From: a virus
Lineage: Duplodnaviria; Caudoviricetes
Length of the DNA: 64,000 bases
Virus record (IMG/VR): IMGVR_UViG_2932675082_000001
Span: 1 to 64,000 of that record
Direction: 5' to 3' (one strand)
The first letter of the stretch is position 1; every line of letters starts with the position of its first letter. A program made the position numbers and the translations under genes. A model generated the notes under the pieces. That model saw only the letters and a program-made list of their open reading frames with translations, had not been told where the DNA came from and ran no database searches. This document shows, piece after piece, positions 36,262 through 46,246 of this stretch.

Positions 36262-36726
36262 TCAGGTGTTCTTCTTCTGGGACGGCCAGACCTCGTGCTC
36301 CCGATCCCACCACACCACGTGGAAGACATTGTCGACCAGGAACCCGTAGAGGCGCTGCCGGCCGCCGAATCGGAGCCGGGAGATCCGTGTCATGTCGTTG
36401 AGCTTCATCTCTGCGAGGCGCCCCAGTGCTTCCCGGTTCGGAAGCCTGTGCATGTCGTAGTGCTTCCCTGGCTCTTCGCCATTGAAGAACAGCTCTCGGA
36501 TCGTTTGTGTCTCGACCCCTGCCAGCTTGTCGAGCAGGAACCCCATCTCCTGTGGTGGCAGCTTGTCGATACCCCAGGGGCCGTCGTTGTCGACGTGCTG
36601 AAACCGCCAGCAGATCCGATCGCCAGAGTTGCGGGATCCGGGCAGGACCTTGTCGATGTCGCCCAGGGTCTTCTGGGCGGTGCGCTGCGCCGGTAAGCCC
36701 GCTACCCGCTTCTTGGTCGACTTCAC
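36262..36726 (-). CDS. putative toxin (RelE/ParE-fold-like) paired with the Panacea antitoxin
   Basis: ISRLRFGGRQRLYGFLVDNVFHVVWWDREHEV; overlaps the antitoxin stop (GTGA). Confidence 0.65.
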   Translation of the reverse strand: MKSTKKRVAGLPAQRTAQKTLGDIDKVLPGSRNSGDRICWRFQHVDNDGPWGIDKLPPQEMGFLLDKLAGVETQTIRELFFNGEEPGKHYDMHRLPNREALGRLAEMKLNDMTRISRLRFGGRQRLYGFLVDNVFHVVWWDREHEVWPSQKKNT

Positions 36727-37178
36727 GAGCCGGTGGCCGCGAGTGCCGCGAAGTAGTCTGCGATCTCCTCGTCTCGGAGCTGCTCGGTGCTTCGCTCTAG
36801 TTCCTGTGCGCCGGCGCGGGTACGCGCCATCTGCCAGGGGCCGGCCTCGTGGTGGCTGGCTTCGGAGAGCTGGTGGGCGCTGTAGCTGCCGAGCTTGTCG
36901 AGGACGATGTCGATGGACTCGCGCTGGTTTGGAGCGAGCCGGTCGGGGTCGCCGGAGATGTCGCCGGCGTCGAGGATGTAGCGCCGCCTGTGATCGGCAT
37001 ACAGGGCAGGAGCGACGGGCCCATTGGCCCAGGCCTCGAACGGTTCGGGAAACATCGGCTCGTCGTCCCACGCCAGGTGGTAGCCGTACGAGAAGTAGGT
37101 GAGCTTCTGGAGCTTCATTGCGGACATCGGGCCAGCTTTGGCCAGGATGTACGCGGCTACGTCGTGCACGCTTGCCAT
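36723..37178 (-). CDS. Panacea/DUF4065 (SocA/GepA-like) antitoxin
   Basis: DVAAYIL...MKLQKLTYFSYG...FEAWANGPV...LSEASHHEAGPW. Confidence 0.88.
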   Translation of the reverse strand: MASVHDVAAYILAKAGPMSAMKLQKLTYFSYGYHLAWDDEPMFPEPFEAWANGPVAPALYADHRRRYILDAGDISGDPDRLAPNQRESIDIVLDKLGSYSAHQLSEASHHEAGPWQMARTRAGAQELERSTEQLRDEEIADYFAALAATGS

Positions 37179-37294
37179 GTCTCGGCCTCCCCTTGAAGTT
37201 CTACCCTCACCTTAGCCTGGCGCTCCTGGCCGGCCGAGGGGGTTGGTCGGTCGAGTGTGCCGTGTACCACTGACAATCCCGGACACGGCCGGGC

Positions 37295-37711
37295 CTAGCG
37301 GCCGTCGCCCGAGAGGGTCTGGTCCTTGGTGGTCGCCAGCCCTGCGGCGAGGGCCTCAATGGAGGCGCGCAGCAGCGGCAGTCGATCGTCGGGCACGCCC
37401 CATCGCTGGCCAAGCTCGGCCGCGAGGTCGACCGCGGGTGCCGTGGTGGGCGCGCCGATGTCGCTCTGATCCATGATCCCCGTGCCGATCAGGAGGTCCG
37501 CGACGGACACCCCGACGGTGCGCGCGATGGCTTTAAAGTGCTCCGGGCTTGGGATGCTCGCGCCGTCGAGCCAGCGCCCGACCGTACTGCGTGAGACGTC
37601 GCATGCGTCGGCGAGGCTGGCGCGGCCGCCTCCTCGCTGGCTGTCGACGTCGAGGCCGGCGGTGCGCATGGCTTGCTTGAGCCACGCGGCGAAGCGGGGG
37701 GCTGAGGTCAT
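37295..37711 (-). CDS. XRE-family repressor (cI-like)
   Basis: LADACDVSRSTVGRWLDGASIPS; divergent from a cro-like gene. Confidence 0.8.
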   Translation of the reverse strand: MTSAPRFAAWLKQAMRTAGLDVDSQRGGGRASLADACDVSRSTVGRWLDGASIPSPEHFKAIARTVGVSVADLLIGTGIMDQSDIGAPTTAPAVDLAAELGQRWGVPDDRLPLLRASIEALAAGLATTKDQTLSGDGR

Positions 37712-37876
37712 GGCGGCCTCCGTGGGTTGTTCCGGTTAGGCAAATGGTCGCATGGATGCAATCTCTGGCGCGCGGACGCCGCTCAATAGATTCCATTCGC
37801 GGCTTTAGTTGCGTGAACGGCACTTAGTGCTTAGGCTGGAAGCACCAGAGACCACACTTCTCCGGAAGGCCCTCCC

Positions 37877-38110
37877 ATGGCTCACCGACTGAACGCCGAC
37901 AGCCTCCGCAAGGTGGCCGCCCGCGCAGGAGACACCACCGACTACCGCATCGCGAAGCGCTCAGGGCTGGCCCGCGCCACCCTCTCGCGCCTCGTCAACG
38001 GCCGCGTCGAACCCTCGGTCACGAACGTCATGCGACTCGCAACGTGCTACGGCGTCACCGTCGAATCGCTGCTGCGCCCGTTCGACTCCCCGGCCAACCT
38101 CGCCGCCTGA
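37877..38110 (+). CDS. Cro-like HTH protein
   Basis: IAKRSGLARATLSRLVNGRVEPS. Confidence 0.8.
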   Translation: MAHRLNADSLRKVAARAGDTTDYRIAKRSGLARATLSRLVNGRVEPSVTNVMRLATCYGVTVESLLRPFDSPANLAA

Positions 38111-38202
38111 ACGAAGAAGGGCCCGGTGCGCTAACACCGGGCCCCCACACCACCGCGCCCGCCAAGCCCGGAAAGCCGAGGGCGCAGAACTGGAGCATCA
38201 CC

Positions 38203-38445
38203 ATGATGGCACCTTCCATCGCCATGCCCAAGACCAGGCCCACCCCCGTCGCGCTCACGCCGGCCCTGCCCGACGACGCCGCCTGCCCGATGCGCATCCA
38301 CCGCATCCCCGAGGGCATCGTCGCGGCGTACTCCGAGGCGCAGCTCGACCGGTCCTCCGCCTGGCAGCTCCTCGTCGACCTGTTGCGCGACACGCTCGGC
38401 GAGCTGCTCGACGTCACCCCCGACTTCGCGGCGGTGGCCCAGTGA
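38203..38445 (+). CDS. hypothetical protein
   Basis: GGAG RBS; GTGA overlap with the next gene. Confidence 0.5.
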   Translation: MMAPSIAMPKTRPTPVALTPALPDDAACPMRIHRIPEGIVAAYSEAQLDRSSAWQLLVDLLRDTLGELLDVTPDFAAVAQ

Positions 38446-38639
38446 CCGAACTCGCCGCCCTCCCCGACAGCACGTACGGCGCCGCGGCCCGGATCGCCGC
38501 GACCGCCGATGACGCCCGCCAGCTCGGCTTCGAGAACGTCGAGACCCGCTACGAGCCGCAGACCGGCTACCACACCGTTTCCGGTGAGCTGCCGGCCGAG
38601 ACGGCGCAGCGGACGGTCGACCGGATCCTCGGCCGCTGA
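38442..38639 (+). CDS. hypothetical protein
   Basis: 65 aa, typical codon bias. Confidence 0.55.
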   Translation: MTELAALPDSTYGAAARIAATADDARQLGFENVETRYEPQTGYHTVSGELPAETAQRTVDRILGR

Positions 38640-38749
38640 ACGCCTCTTGGGCCGCCCCGTGTTGGGCGGCCCCATTCTCTTTCACCTTCACGTCCAGCTG
38701 GAGATGCCGTGTACCTGCGTACCCCCGTTGCCGCGTCGGCGGTGGCCTG

Positions 38750-39754
38750 ATGGGGATCCGACTGATGGTCGAGGTGCTGGACCACTGGCAGGACGCCGGC
38801 CTGACCGCGGGGGAGCGGTCGGATCTTCTCGTTGTGGCGGAGAACGCCAACGAGGTGAGCCGGGAGACCGTCGGTCCCATGCATGAGCCGTACCTGCTGA
38901 AGCGGGCGGGTAAGTCGTCGCCGGCGGCGTGGCGGAATGCGCTTGGCAAGCTGATGAAGAAGGGCGTGTTGGAGTACGCCGTTCATGACGGCCGTGAGAT
39001 GTCCGGCTTTCCGGGGCGGTGGGCGGTGTACCGACTCGTGGAGCTGTGCGCCGACGGTCCTCACGATGGTCTTCATGGCGAGTGCAGTCGTGGGGAGCGG
39101 GTCACCTCTCAGGTGACCCAATCCACGTCCGACGAGGCTCCATTGGGTCACCTCTCAGATGACCCAATCGCCGAAGCGGGTAACCCCACAGGTGACCCTT
39201 TCGGGGAAACGGGTCACCTCTCAGGTGCGAACGGGTCACCTGACAGATGCGAACGGGTCACCTCTCAGGTGACCCCTAACCCTCTAACCCCTCTTACCCC
39301 TCCCTCCCTACCGCCCGTCGGCGACGATCAACCGCCGGGGCGGGAGGGTGGGGGGACCGCCTCACGGCGGCACAACAACCCCGCCGCGTACAACGCCCTC
39401 GCCCGGATCGCCGCCAAGCACCCCCAGCTCGCCCTCGGCGAGACCGAACTCGCCGACCTCGCCCCGCTCGCGGAGTCCTGGCTGGAGCGCACCACCGAGA
39501 TCCGCATGGAGCTCGCCGTCACCGCCGGCCTACCCGATCAGGTCGTCAGCCCCGCCGGGTTCCTCCGCAGGCGCCTCGTCCAGAAGCTCCCCCCGCTGCT
39601 GCAGACCGTCCCCGACGAGGAACGCTGCGGCCGGCCGAACTGTGACCCGATCACCCACATGATCACCCTCCCCGACGGCGACCAGGCCTACTGCGCCGTC
39701 TGCCACCCCACCGGGCGCGCGATCGCCCGCCGAGCGCAAGGAAGTGCCGCATGA
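38750..39754 (+). CDS. replication initiator (lambda O-like organisation)
   Basis: upstream of DnaB; contains an internal iteron array. Confidence 0.7.
   Translation: MGIRLMVEVLDHWQDAGLTAGERSDLLVVAENANEVSRETVGPMHEPYLLKRAGKSSPAAWRNALGKLMKKGVLEYAVHDGREMSGFPGRWAVYRLVELCADGPHDGLHGECSRGERVTSQVTQSTSDEAPLGHLSDDPIAEAGNPTGDPFGETGHLSGANGSPDRCERVTSQVTPNPLTPLTPPSLPPVGDDQPPGREGGGTASRRHNNPAAYNALARIAAKHPQLALGETELADLAPLAESWLERTTEIRMELAVTAGLPDQVVSPAGFLRRRLVQKLPPLLQTVPDEERCGRPNCDPITHMITLPDGDQAYCAVCHPTGRAIARRAQGSAA
39099..39275. repeat. iteron array / putative replication origin
   Basis: six copies of GGGTCACCT-CTC-AGGTGACCC-like units at 39099, 39145, 39178, 39211, 39233, 39255. Confidence 0.8.
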
Positions 39755-41133
39755 GCGACCGCGAGCCCGACTTCGACCCGAGCTTCGAGCGGCAGCCGCC
39801 GCAGGACTTCCACGCCGAGCGGGGAAGCCTCGGCGCCCAGTTGATCTCCGCCCAGGCGATCGCCGATGTCCTCGGCACCGGGCTGCGCCCCGCCGAGTAC
39901 TACCGGCCCGCCCACGAGAAGATCCAGGAGGCGATCACCGCCCTGTACGCGGCCGGCGACCCCGCGGACCCGATCACCGTCGCCCGGCAGCTCACCATCA
40001 GCGGCGACCTGCCGCGCTGCGGTGGCCCTGCCTACCTCCACGACCTGGTCCAGGCCGCCCCGGCCCCGTCGAACGCCGAGTACTACGCCAACATCGTCCG
40101 GGAGAAGGCCCGGCTGCGGGCCATCGGCGTCGCCCTCAACCGCGGCTCCAACATGGTCGCTTCGGCGGAGGGCGACCCGACCGAGGTCATCGAGACGATC
40201 CAGGCCGAGATCATCGCCGCCGCTGGTGCTGGTGACATGCCCGGTGCGGGCATCGGCCTCGCCCCTGTCGCCGCCAGCCTGGAAGCCACCCTCGACGCGA
40301 TCGAGGCCGTCGACCAGGGCACCGTGCCTGTCGGAGCGCCGTGGGGCTTCAAGGATCTCGATGCGCTCACGGGCGGCATGCACCCCGGCCAGATGATCGT
40401 CATCGCGGGGCGGCCCGGGATGGGCAAGTCCACTGCGGGCATGGACATCGCCCGTTCCGCCGCGATCCGGCACGGTCTCGGCACGGCGTTCTTCTCGCTG
40501 GAGATGTCCCGTACCGAGATCATGAAGCGGATCATCTCTGCCGAGGGCCGGATCCCCTTGCACCACATGCAGACCCGCGGCGGCATGACCGACGACGACT
40601 GGAACCGCGCCGCGAAGACCCTGGAAGCCATCGCCCAGGCGCCGCTGTACCTCGACGACTCCCCGGACCTCACGATGACGTCCATCCGCACCAAGGCCCG
40701 GCAGATGGCCGCGGAGACCGAACTCAAGTTGATCGTCATCGACTACATGCAGCTGCTGCGCTCCGGCGGCGGCCAGCGCTACGAGTCCCGGCAGCAGGAG
40801 GTGTCCGACCTGTCCAGGTTGATCAAGCTGCTCGCGAAGGAGCTGGAGATCCCCGTCATCGCCCTGTCCCAGCTCAACCGCGGACCCGAGCAGCGCACCG
40901 ACAAGAAGCCGATGGCCGCAGACCTGCGCGAGTCCGGGGCGATCGAGCAGGACGCCGACCTGATCCTGTTGCTCCACCGGGAGGACGCCTACGACAAGGA
41001 GTCGGCGCGGGCCGGCGAGGCGGACTTCATCGTCGCGAAGAACCGGTCCGGGCCGACGTCGACCATCACCGTGGCGTTCCAGGGGCACTACTCGCGCTTC
41101 GTCGACATGGCCGCTGATCTTCGGGCAGCCTGA
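39751..41133 (+). CDS. dnaB: replicative DNA helicase
   Basis: AGRPGMGKS, FFSLEM, IVIDYMQL, LSQLNR, DLRESGAIEQDAD, KNRSG. Confidence 0.95.
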   Translation: MSDREPDFDPSFERQPPQDFHAERGSLGAQLISAQAIADVLGTGLRPAEYYRPAHEKIQEAITALYAAGDPADPITVARQLTISGDLPRCGGPAYLHDLVQAAPAPSNAEYYANIVREKARLRAIGVALNRGSNMVASAEGDPTEVIETIQAEIIAAAGAGDMPGAGIGLAPVAASLEATLDAIEAVDQGTVPVGAPWGFKDLDALTGGMHPGQMIVIAGRPGMGKSTAGMDIARSAAIRHGLGTAFFSLEMSRTEIMKRIISAEGRIPLHHMQTRGGMTDDDWNRAAKTLEAIAQAPLYLDDSPDLTMTSIRTKARQMAAETELKLIVIDYMQLLRSGGGQRYESRQQEVSDLSRLIKLLAKELEIPVIALSQLNRGPEQRTDKKPMAADLRESGAIEQDADLILLLHREDAYDKESARAGEADFIVAKNRSGPTSTITVAFQGHYSRFVDMAADLRAA

Positions 41134-41262
41134 GCCGCTGCTTCTGGAGTCTTACCGCAATCGCGTTCCCAGTGGGCGAGTTGAGCGCGTTTCGTCACGT
41201 CAACGGGCTACCCGCATGCCCGCATCACTGGAACAATTCATCACATACCAGGAGGTTTCGTC

Positions 41263-41661
41263 ATGAACGACCCTACCCCTACCCGCATCCAACGCCTCCG
41301 CACCAAGGGCTGGCGCGCCCCCGAGAACGCCGTGTACGTCGGCCGCGGCAGCGCCTGGGGTAACTCGTGGCGCGTCGGCGCCACCACCGGCTGGACTGTC
41401 CTTCCCGGGGGGTGGATTGACCGTCGCCCGCACGGCCCGCTCACCGCCGAGGAGGCCGTCGCCTGCTTCCGGAACTCCCGTACCCACGACATCGGGTTCC
41501 TCCGGATCATCCGCGAACGGCTGGCCGGCCGGACCCTGATGTGCTGGTGCCGCGTGGGTGCGGTGTGCCACGGGGACTGGCTGCTGGAGGTAGCGAACGG
41601 AGCGACGCCGCTGGAGGACCTCGTAGACCGCAGCGCCAAGCCTGAATACCTGGAGGGCTGA
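41263..41661 (+). CDS. DUF4326-like protein
   Basis: AVYVGRGSAWGN...LAGRTLMCWC...CHGD. Confidence 0.8.
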   Translation: MNDPTPTRIQRLRTKGWRAPENAVYVGRGSAWGNSWRVGATTGWTVLPGGWIDRRPHGPLTAEEAVACFRNSRTHDIGFLRIIRERLAGRTLMCWCRVGAVCHGDWLLEVANGATPLEDLVDRSAKPEYLEG

Positions 41662-41954
41662 TGGACCTCACCACCTCGGCCGGCACTCGGGAGTTCCTGC
41701 TGCTCTGCCTCGACGGCCGCCGCAAGCGCACAGCGACCCAGCTCGCCAGGGTCATGCAGCTGCAGCCCACGTTCGCAGACGCGGTCGACCAGCACGCCCC
41801 CGAACTGGCGGTCCTGCGGCGGCGGGCCGAGGATGCCCAGATGGCCGCGGCGAGCGCGAAGGCGGCCGCCGACCGGGCCAGGAGCGAGTACGGCGCAGCA
41901 TTGGAGTCTTGGGCCCGTGCGTCGGCGTCCACCTCAACCGGGGAAGCCCGGTGA
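41661..41954 (+). CDS. hypothetical protein
   Basis: TGATG-coupled 97-aa ORF. Confidence 0.55.
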   Translation: MDLTTSAGTREFLLLCLDGRRKRTATQLARVMQLQPTFADAVDQHAPELAVLRRRAEDAQMAAASAKAAADRARSEYGAALESWARASASTSTGEAR

Positions 41955-42007
41955 CCGCCACCCCGCCGCTCACCGCGGCCGAGCTTCGAGACCTGGAAGG
42001 CTGAACC

Positions 42008-42796
42008 ATGCAGGTCAACAACCCCGGTTCCCACTGGCGCTCGCGGACACCCACCCGCAGTGGTCACGTCGACCCGCTGAACTGGCGCCCCATGTCCGAG
42101 GTCCGCATCGGCAACGGCCCGAGCACCGTTGAAGGTCGTCTCCGCGAGGCCGAATACGACCGTCGTCGCCGCGAGCACAACGTCCAACTTCAGCCCGGTA
42201 CTCTCGTCATCCACGACCGCGCCCCGTACCGGGTCGTCGAGGTCAGGGAGCACCCACACGATCTGTGGCCGGAGAAGTTCGAGCACTACTGGCAGTTGCA
42301 CCACGATCTGTGGGCCGCGAACCCGGGGAACCGCCCGGAGCCGACCAGGGCAGCGTGGCGGGACCGGCCTGTGGTTGTCGTCCTCGCGCCGGACGGCGGC
42401 GGCAAGGAGCGGCACTTGGTCGGGCCGGCGTCGCATGACTGGCCGGTGCTGCCGGAGCACTACGCGGTGTGCCGGTCGTGTGGTGAGCTGCCGCCGTGCC
42501 GGGAGGAGGAGCTCGACGCGGCCGTCGGCGCGCAACTTGCGCTCTCGGGACGCCTGCTGTCGATTCCGGCGGGGAACTGCATGGGCTGCGGTGAGGGGAT
42601 CAGCAGCCGGCAGAAGTCCGTGCGGTTCCCTGGTCCGAATCTGTGGCGCCCGGATCTGCCGGAGGGCACAGCCCGGGTCCATGCTCGGAAGGAGTGCTCG
42701 GACTGGGTGGATCGCTATCAGGCGCAGCGGAAGGCCCAGGGCGCCCCTGTGGGTGTCGAGCAGCCTGCGTTGCCACTGGGGGGTGATGCCGCGTGA
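42008..42796 (+). CDS. hypothetical protein with Zn-binding motifs
   Basis: CRSC...PC, CMGC, H...C. Confidence 0.65.
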   Translation: MQVNNPGSHWRSRTPTRSGHVDPLNWRPMSEVRIGNGPSTVEGRLREAEYDRRRREHNVQLQPGTLVIHDRAPYRVVEVREHPHDLWPEKFEHYWQLHHDLWAANPGNRPEPTRAAWRDRPVVVVLAPDGGGKERHLVGPASHDWPVLPEHYAVCRSCGELPPCREEELDAAVGAQLALSGRLLSIPAGNCMGCGEGISSRQKSVRFPGPNLWRPDLPEGTARVHARKECSDWVDRYQAQRKAQGAPVGVEQPALPLGGDAA

Positions 42797-42893
42797 GGCC
42801 CTTCACGCCCCCTCCAGGGGGCATCTGCGGGCACTGTGAGCAAACCCTGCCCGTCACCATCGCCACCTACGAACAACAGCACAAGGAGCAGCA

Positions 42894-43040
42894 GTGAACA
42901 CCGATCACGACCAGCCCACCGACGAGTCCCTCGCGGATCCCGAACTGGACGACGTCGACGAGCCGTTCGACCACGGCGGCTGCTTCCAGCCGCACGTCCG
43001 CGGCGGCGAGTACTACGACTGCGACGGCCGCCCACTCTGA
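42894..43040 (+). CDS. small acidic peptide
   Basis: AAGGAG RBS plus GTG start. Confidence 0.4.
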   Translation: MNTDHDQPTDESLADPELDDVDEPFDHGGCFQPHVRGGEYYDCDGRPL

Positions 43041-43202
43041 CCAGCCCAGGAGGAAACCGTCAGGCGCCCACTCGATAGAGTGAAGTTGCAACGGCCGCAG
43101 ACCGGTTCGGGGATCGCAGCAAGTCAATCCCTGCGGCGCCCTGCTATGGTCCGGCCCGTTCCCCCCACCGCCACCCGGCGTCAGCAGATGGGAAGTTCTT
43201 TT

Positions 43203-44387
43203 ATGACCAGCGACGCCGTCGACCGTCTCCCCCAACGGGCCTTCCGGCTGATCGTCACCGGTGGCGGCACCGGTGGGCACACCTACCCTGCACTGACCGC
43301 GGTGCGCACCGCACGATCCAGGCTCGCCGCTGCCGGCCGTGGTCTGGACGTGCTGTGGGTCGGTACTCGAAACAGTCTGGAGTCGCGGGTCGCGGCGAGT
43401 GAGGGGATCGAGTTCGAGGCGGTTGCCACGGGAAAGATCCGACGCCACCGGAACCCACTCAAGATGGTCTCCCCGGCAAACGTTCGGGATATGGCGCGCG
43501 TGCCGCTCGGCGTCGCCCAGGCCCGCGCAGTGGTCTCCCGGTTCCGCCCTGACGTGGTGCTGGCCACGGGCGGATACGTCGCCGTGCCGGTGGGCATTGC
43601 CGCTTCACTGTGCCGCCGCCCGCTTGTCGTCCACGAGCAAACCGTGCGGCTGGGCCTGGCCAACCGGACGCTCGCAGGCCGGGCCGAGCGCATCGCGGTG
43701 TCATCCGAGTCCACGCTGTCGCTGCTGCCGGAGGCGTCCCGCTCGATCGCGGTCGTCACCGGCAACCCGGTGCGGCCCGAGGTACTGACCGGTGACGCGG
43801 ACAAGGCGATCCAGTCGCTCGGGCTGCACGGCTTCCACCGTGACCTGCCAACGGTGTACGTCACAGGCGGCGCGCAGGGATCGGAGCAGATCAACGGCCT
43901 GGTGGCCGAGGTGTTGCCGTGGCTGCTGACCGGCGCCAATGTGATCCACCAGTGCGGCCCGGCGAACGAGGAAGCCCTGCGCGCTCGCGCCGCGGGCCTT
44001 CCCGCAGAGCTCGCCGCCCGCTACTGGCTAACCGGGTTCGTCGGGCCCGAGCTGCCCGACGTCCTGGCGCTGGCCGATGTGGTGATCGCCCGCAGCGGCG
44101 CGGGGACGATCGCCGAGCTGACCGCCCTCGGCAAGGCCGCGGTTCTCATCCCCCTCGCCAGCTCGGCCGGCAACGAGCAGGCCCACAACGCGAGTCACCT
44201 GCAGGACGCCGGCGCAGCGGTCGCTCTTCTGGGTGACGTGACGCCTGACCGACTCCGGGACGCCATGGGGCCGCTGCTGGGCGACGTCGAGCAGCGCACG
44301 ACCGTCGCAGAACGGGCGCGTGCCTACGGCCGGCCGGACGCTGCCGACCGGCTGGTAGACGTGCTGTTCTCCGCCGCCTCGCACTGA
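43203..44387 (+). CDS. MurG-like GT28 glycosyltransferase (non-dcw paralog)
   Basis: GGGTGGH, TGGYV, HEQ, GNPVR, GGAQGS, ADVVIARSGAGTIAELTALGKAAVLIP, EQAHNA. Confidence 0.9.
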   Translation: MTSDAVDRLPQRAFRLIVTGGGTGGHTYPALTAVRTARSRLAAAGRGLDVLWVGTRNSLESRVAASEGIEFEAVATGKIRRHRNPLKMVSPANVRDMARVPLGVAQARAVVSRFRPDVVLATGGYVAVPVGIAASLCRRPLVVHEQTVRLGLANRTLAGRAERIAVSSESTLSLLPEASRSIAVVTGNPVRPEVLTGDADKAIQSLGLHGFHRDLPTVYVTGGAQGSEQINGLVAEVLPWLLTGANVIHQCGPANEEALRARAAGLPAELAARYWLTGFVGPELPDVLALADVVIARSGAGTIAELTALGKAAVLIPLASSAGNEQAHNASHLQDAGAAVALLGDVTPDRLRDAMGPLLGDVEQRTTVAERARAYGRPDAADRLVDVLFSAASH

Positions 44388-44402
44388 CGGGCGACTACGG
44401 AC

Positions 44403-44429
44403 GGGGCCCGAGGGCGCGCCTCGGACCCC
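44403..44429. terminator. hairpin between convergent genes
   Basis: GGGGCCCGAGG...CCTCGGACCCC. Confidence 0.45.
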
Positions 44430-44438
44430 AGTGTTCTC

Positions 44439-45089
44439 TCACGCGCCAGGGAGGTCCCTGGACAGTTCACGCGTCCAGTCGCCCCGATCGCCGAGGTCGG
44501 CATTGTCCCGGCTGAAATGGGTCACCGCGCCGGCTGCCTCCTGGGGGCGGGGCACGATCCGATCCAGGTGGGGCAGCGTGTCCGAGATGAGCAGCCGCCC
44601 GTGACGCATGCACCGGTCCCAGACGTCGCGGACCTCATCTACGTCGGGCCAGATGGAAAAGACCGCCTCGGCGAGCACCGGACCGGAGTCGATACCCGCG
44701 TCGATGACGTGGATCGTGATGCCGTGCAGATGCTCGCCATTGCGCAGAGCCCAGTTGACCGGCCGCACCCCCCGGTAGCCGGGCAGGCGGCCCGGGTGGC
44801 AGTTGATGATACGGCTAGTGGCGTCGATGAGCTCCGGTCCGATGATCTTGTCGTAGAGGACGCTGAACACCAGGTCGCAGCGCCCGGGTTCCAGATCCCG
44901 CCAGTCACCCGAGCGGAGGATGCGAGCCTCGGGGAAGCGTTCGACGGCGTAGTCGGACAAGCGGATGTCCCAGTCCGGCTCGACCGCGTTCGGGATCACC
45001 GTGTCCAGGACGACGCCGGGCATCGCAGCGATCGTCGCGCAGGCATGCGCGGCCAAGGCGCCCTTCCCGAGGACGGCCGCCCGCCTCAC
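44439..45089 (-). CDS. N10-formyl-THF-dependent (sugar) N-formyltransferase
   Basis: INCHPGRLPGYRG...GITIHVIDAGIDSGPVL. Confidence 0.88.
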   Translation of the reverse strand: MRRAAVLGKGALAAHACATIAAMPGVVLDTVIPNAVEPDWDIRLSDYAVERFPEARILRSGDWRDLEPGRCDLVFSVLYDKIIGPELIDATSRIINCHPGRLPGYRGVRPVNWALRNGEHLHGITIHVIDAGIDSGPVLAEAVFSIWPDVDEVRDVWDRCMRHGRLLISDTLPHLDRIVPRPQEAAGAVTHFSRDNADLGDRGDWTRELSRDLPGA

Positions 45090-46213
45090 TTCCCGCTCCC
45101 GGTCGCGGCCTTGAGCGCGGCGACGACGTGGCGCACGTCGTCATCGGTCATGTGCTGGTGGAACGGCAGCGTCAGGATCTCCCGGCCGACCTGCTCGGTG
45201 ACGGGCAGCTCCCGCCGCCACGAGGCGAATGCGGGCTGGAGGTGATTGGGCGGATAGTGGACGCCGACCGCAATGCCCGCGGCGAGCATGCGCCGGAACA
45301 CCTCCTCGCGGTCGGTGACCCGGACCACGCACAGATTCGGCACGGTGTGATCCACGTCCACGTCCACCAGCCTGGCGGCCGGCACGTCTCGCAGCGCGGA
45401 GCGGTAGGACCGCCACAGCTCCTGGCGGTTGACCTCAGTGGTCCGGAACTTGGGCAACTGGGCCAGGCCGATCGCCGCGTTGATCGAGGAGAGCTGGTAG
45501 CGCAGCCCGAAGCCCTCCACGCGGTAGGCGGTGGCGGCCTGTCGTTCCGCCTGCGATGAGACGACGCCGAGCAGCCGCAGCCGGCGGATCGCGGCGGCCT
45601 CTTCGGGCGTACGCGGGATGACCATGCCGCCCTGCCCGCACGTCAGGTTCTTGATCGGCCCGAAGGAGAAGCACGTTAGGTCGCCTGTGTTGCCGACTCG
45701 GACGGAGCCGGAGTAGGAGCCGAAGGCGTGCGCGGCGTCCTCGACGACGGCGATGCCCCGCCGGTCGAGCGTGTCGCGGATCTCGGTGAGGGCGACGGCC
45801 CGACCGCCGTACAGGACAGGCATCGCGGCCCGGGTGTCAGAGGTGAGGGCCTCCAGTACAGCGGCGGGCTCGATGCACAGGGTGTCCGGGTTCACCTCGA
45901 TGAAGCGGGGCACGGCACCGCAGGCCACGATGGCCTGGATCGTGGCGCAGAACGTCAGCGAGGGAACGATCACTTCGTGGCCAGGGCCGACGCCCGCGGC
46001 GAGCAGCGCGGTGTGCAGCGCGGCGGTGCCGGAGGTGACGGCCACCGCGTCCGGCACCCCGAGGAACGCGGCGACCTTCCGCTCGAACTCCTCGGTGACC
46101 TCGGTGTGCCCGTACTGGCCGCCCTGCAGCACCCGGGCGACCGCTTCGCCCTCGCCTCCGTAGAGGAACGGCGTCGCGTTGCGCCGGTAATCGGGTGTGG
46201 TGGTGGGGTTCAA
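45086..46213 (-). CDS. DegT/DnrJ/EryC1/StrS NDP-sugar aminotransferase
   Basis: SGTAALH, VEDAAHAFG, CFSFGPIKNLTCGQGG (PLP lysine), GVHY. Confidence 0.92.
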   Translation of the reverse strand: MNPTTTPDYRRNATPFLYGGEGEAVARVLQGGQYGHTEVTEEFERKVAAFLGVPDAVAVTSGTAALHTALLAAGVGPGHEVIVPSLTFCATIQAIVACGAVPRFIEVNPDTLCIEPAAVLEALTSDTRAAMPVLYGGRAVALTEIRDTLDRRGIAVVEDAAHAFGSYSGSVRVGNTGDLTCFSFGPIKNLTCGQGGMVIPRTPEEAAAIRRLRLLGVVSSQAERQAATAYRVEGFGLRYQLSSINAAIGLAQLPKFRTTEVNRQELWRSYRSALRDVPAARLVDVDVDHTVPNLCVVRVTDREEVFRRMLAAGIAVGVHYPPNHLQPAFASWRRELPVTEQVGREILTLPFHQHMTDDDVRHVVAALKAATGSGK

Positions 46214-46246
46214 CGCAGTTTCCTTTCCGTCGTTGCTTCGTGGCGG

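Noticed and set aside
39099-39275. CRISPR array
   Set aside because: Spacers are absent or very short and irregular, the repeats lie inside a CDS, and there are no cas genes; better explained as iterons.
43203-44387. Host housekeeping murG marking the end of the prophage
   Set aside because: No dcw neighbours (ftsW, murD, ftsQ), and phage-type genes continue on both sides.
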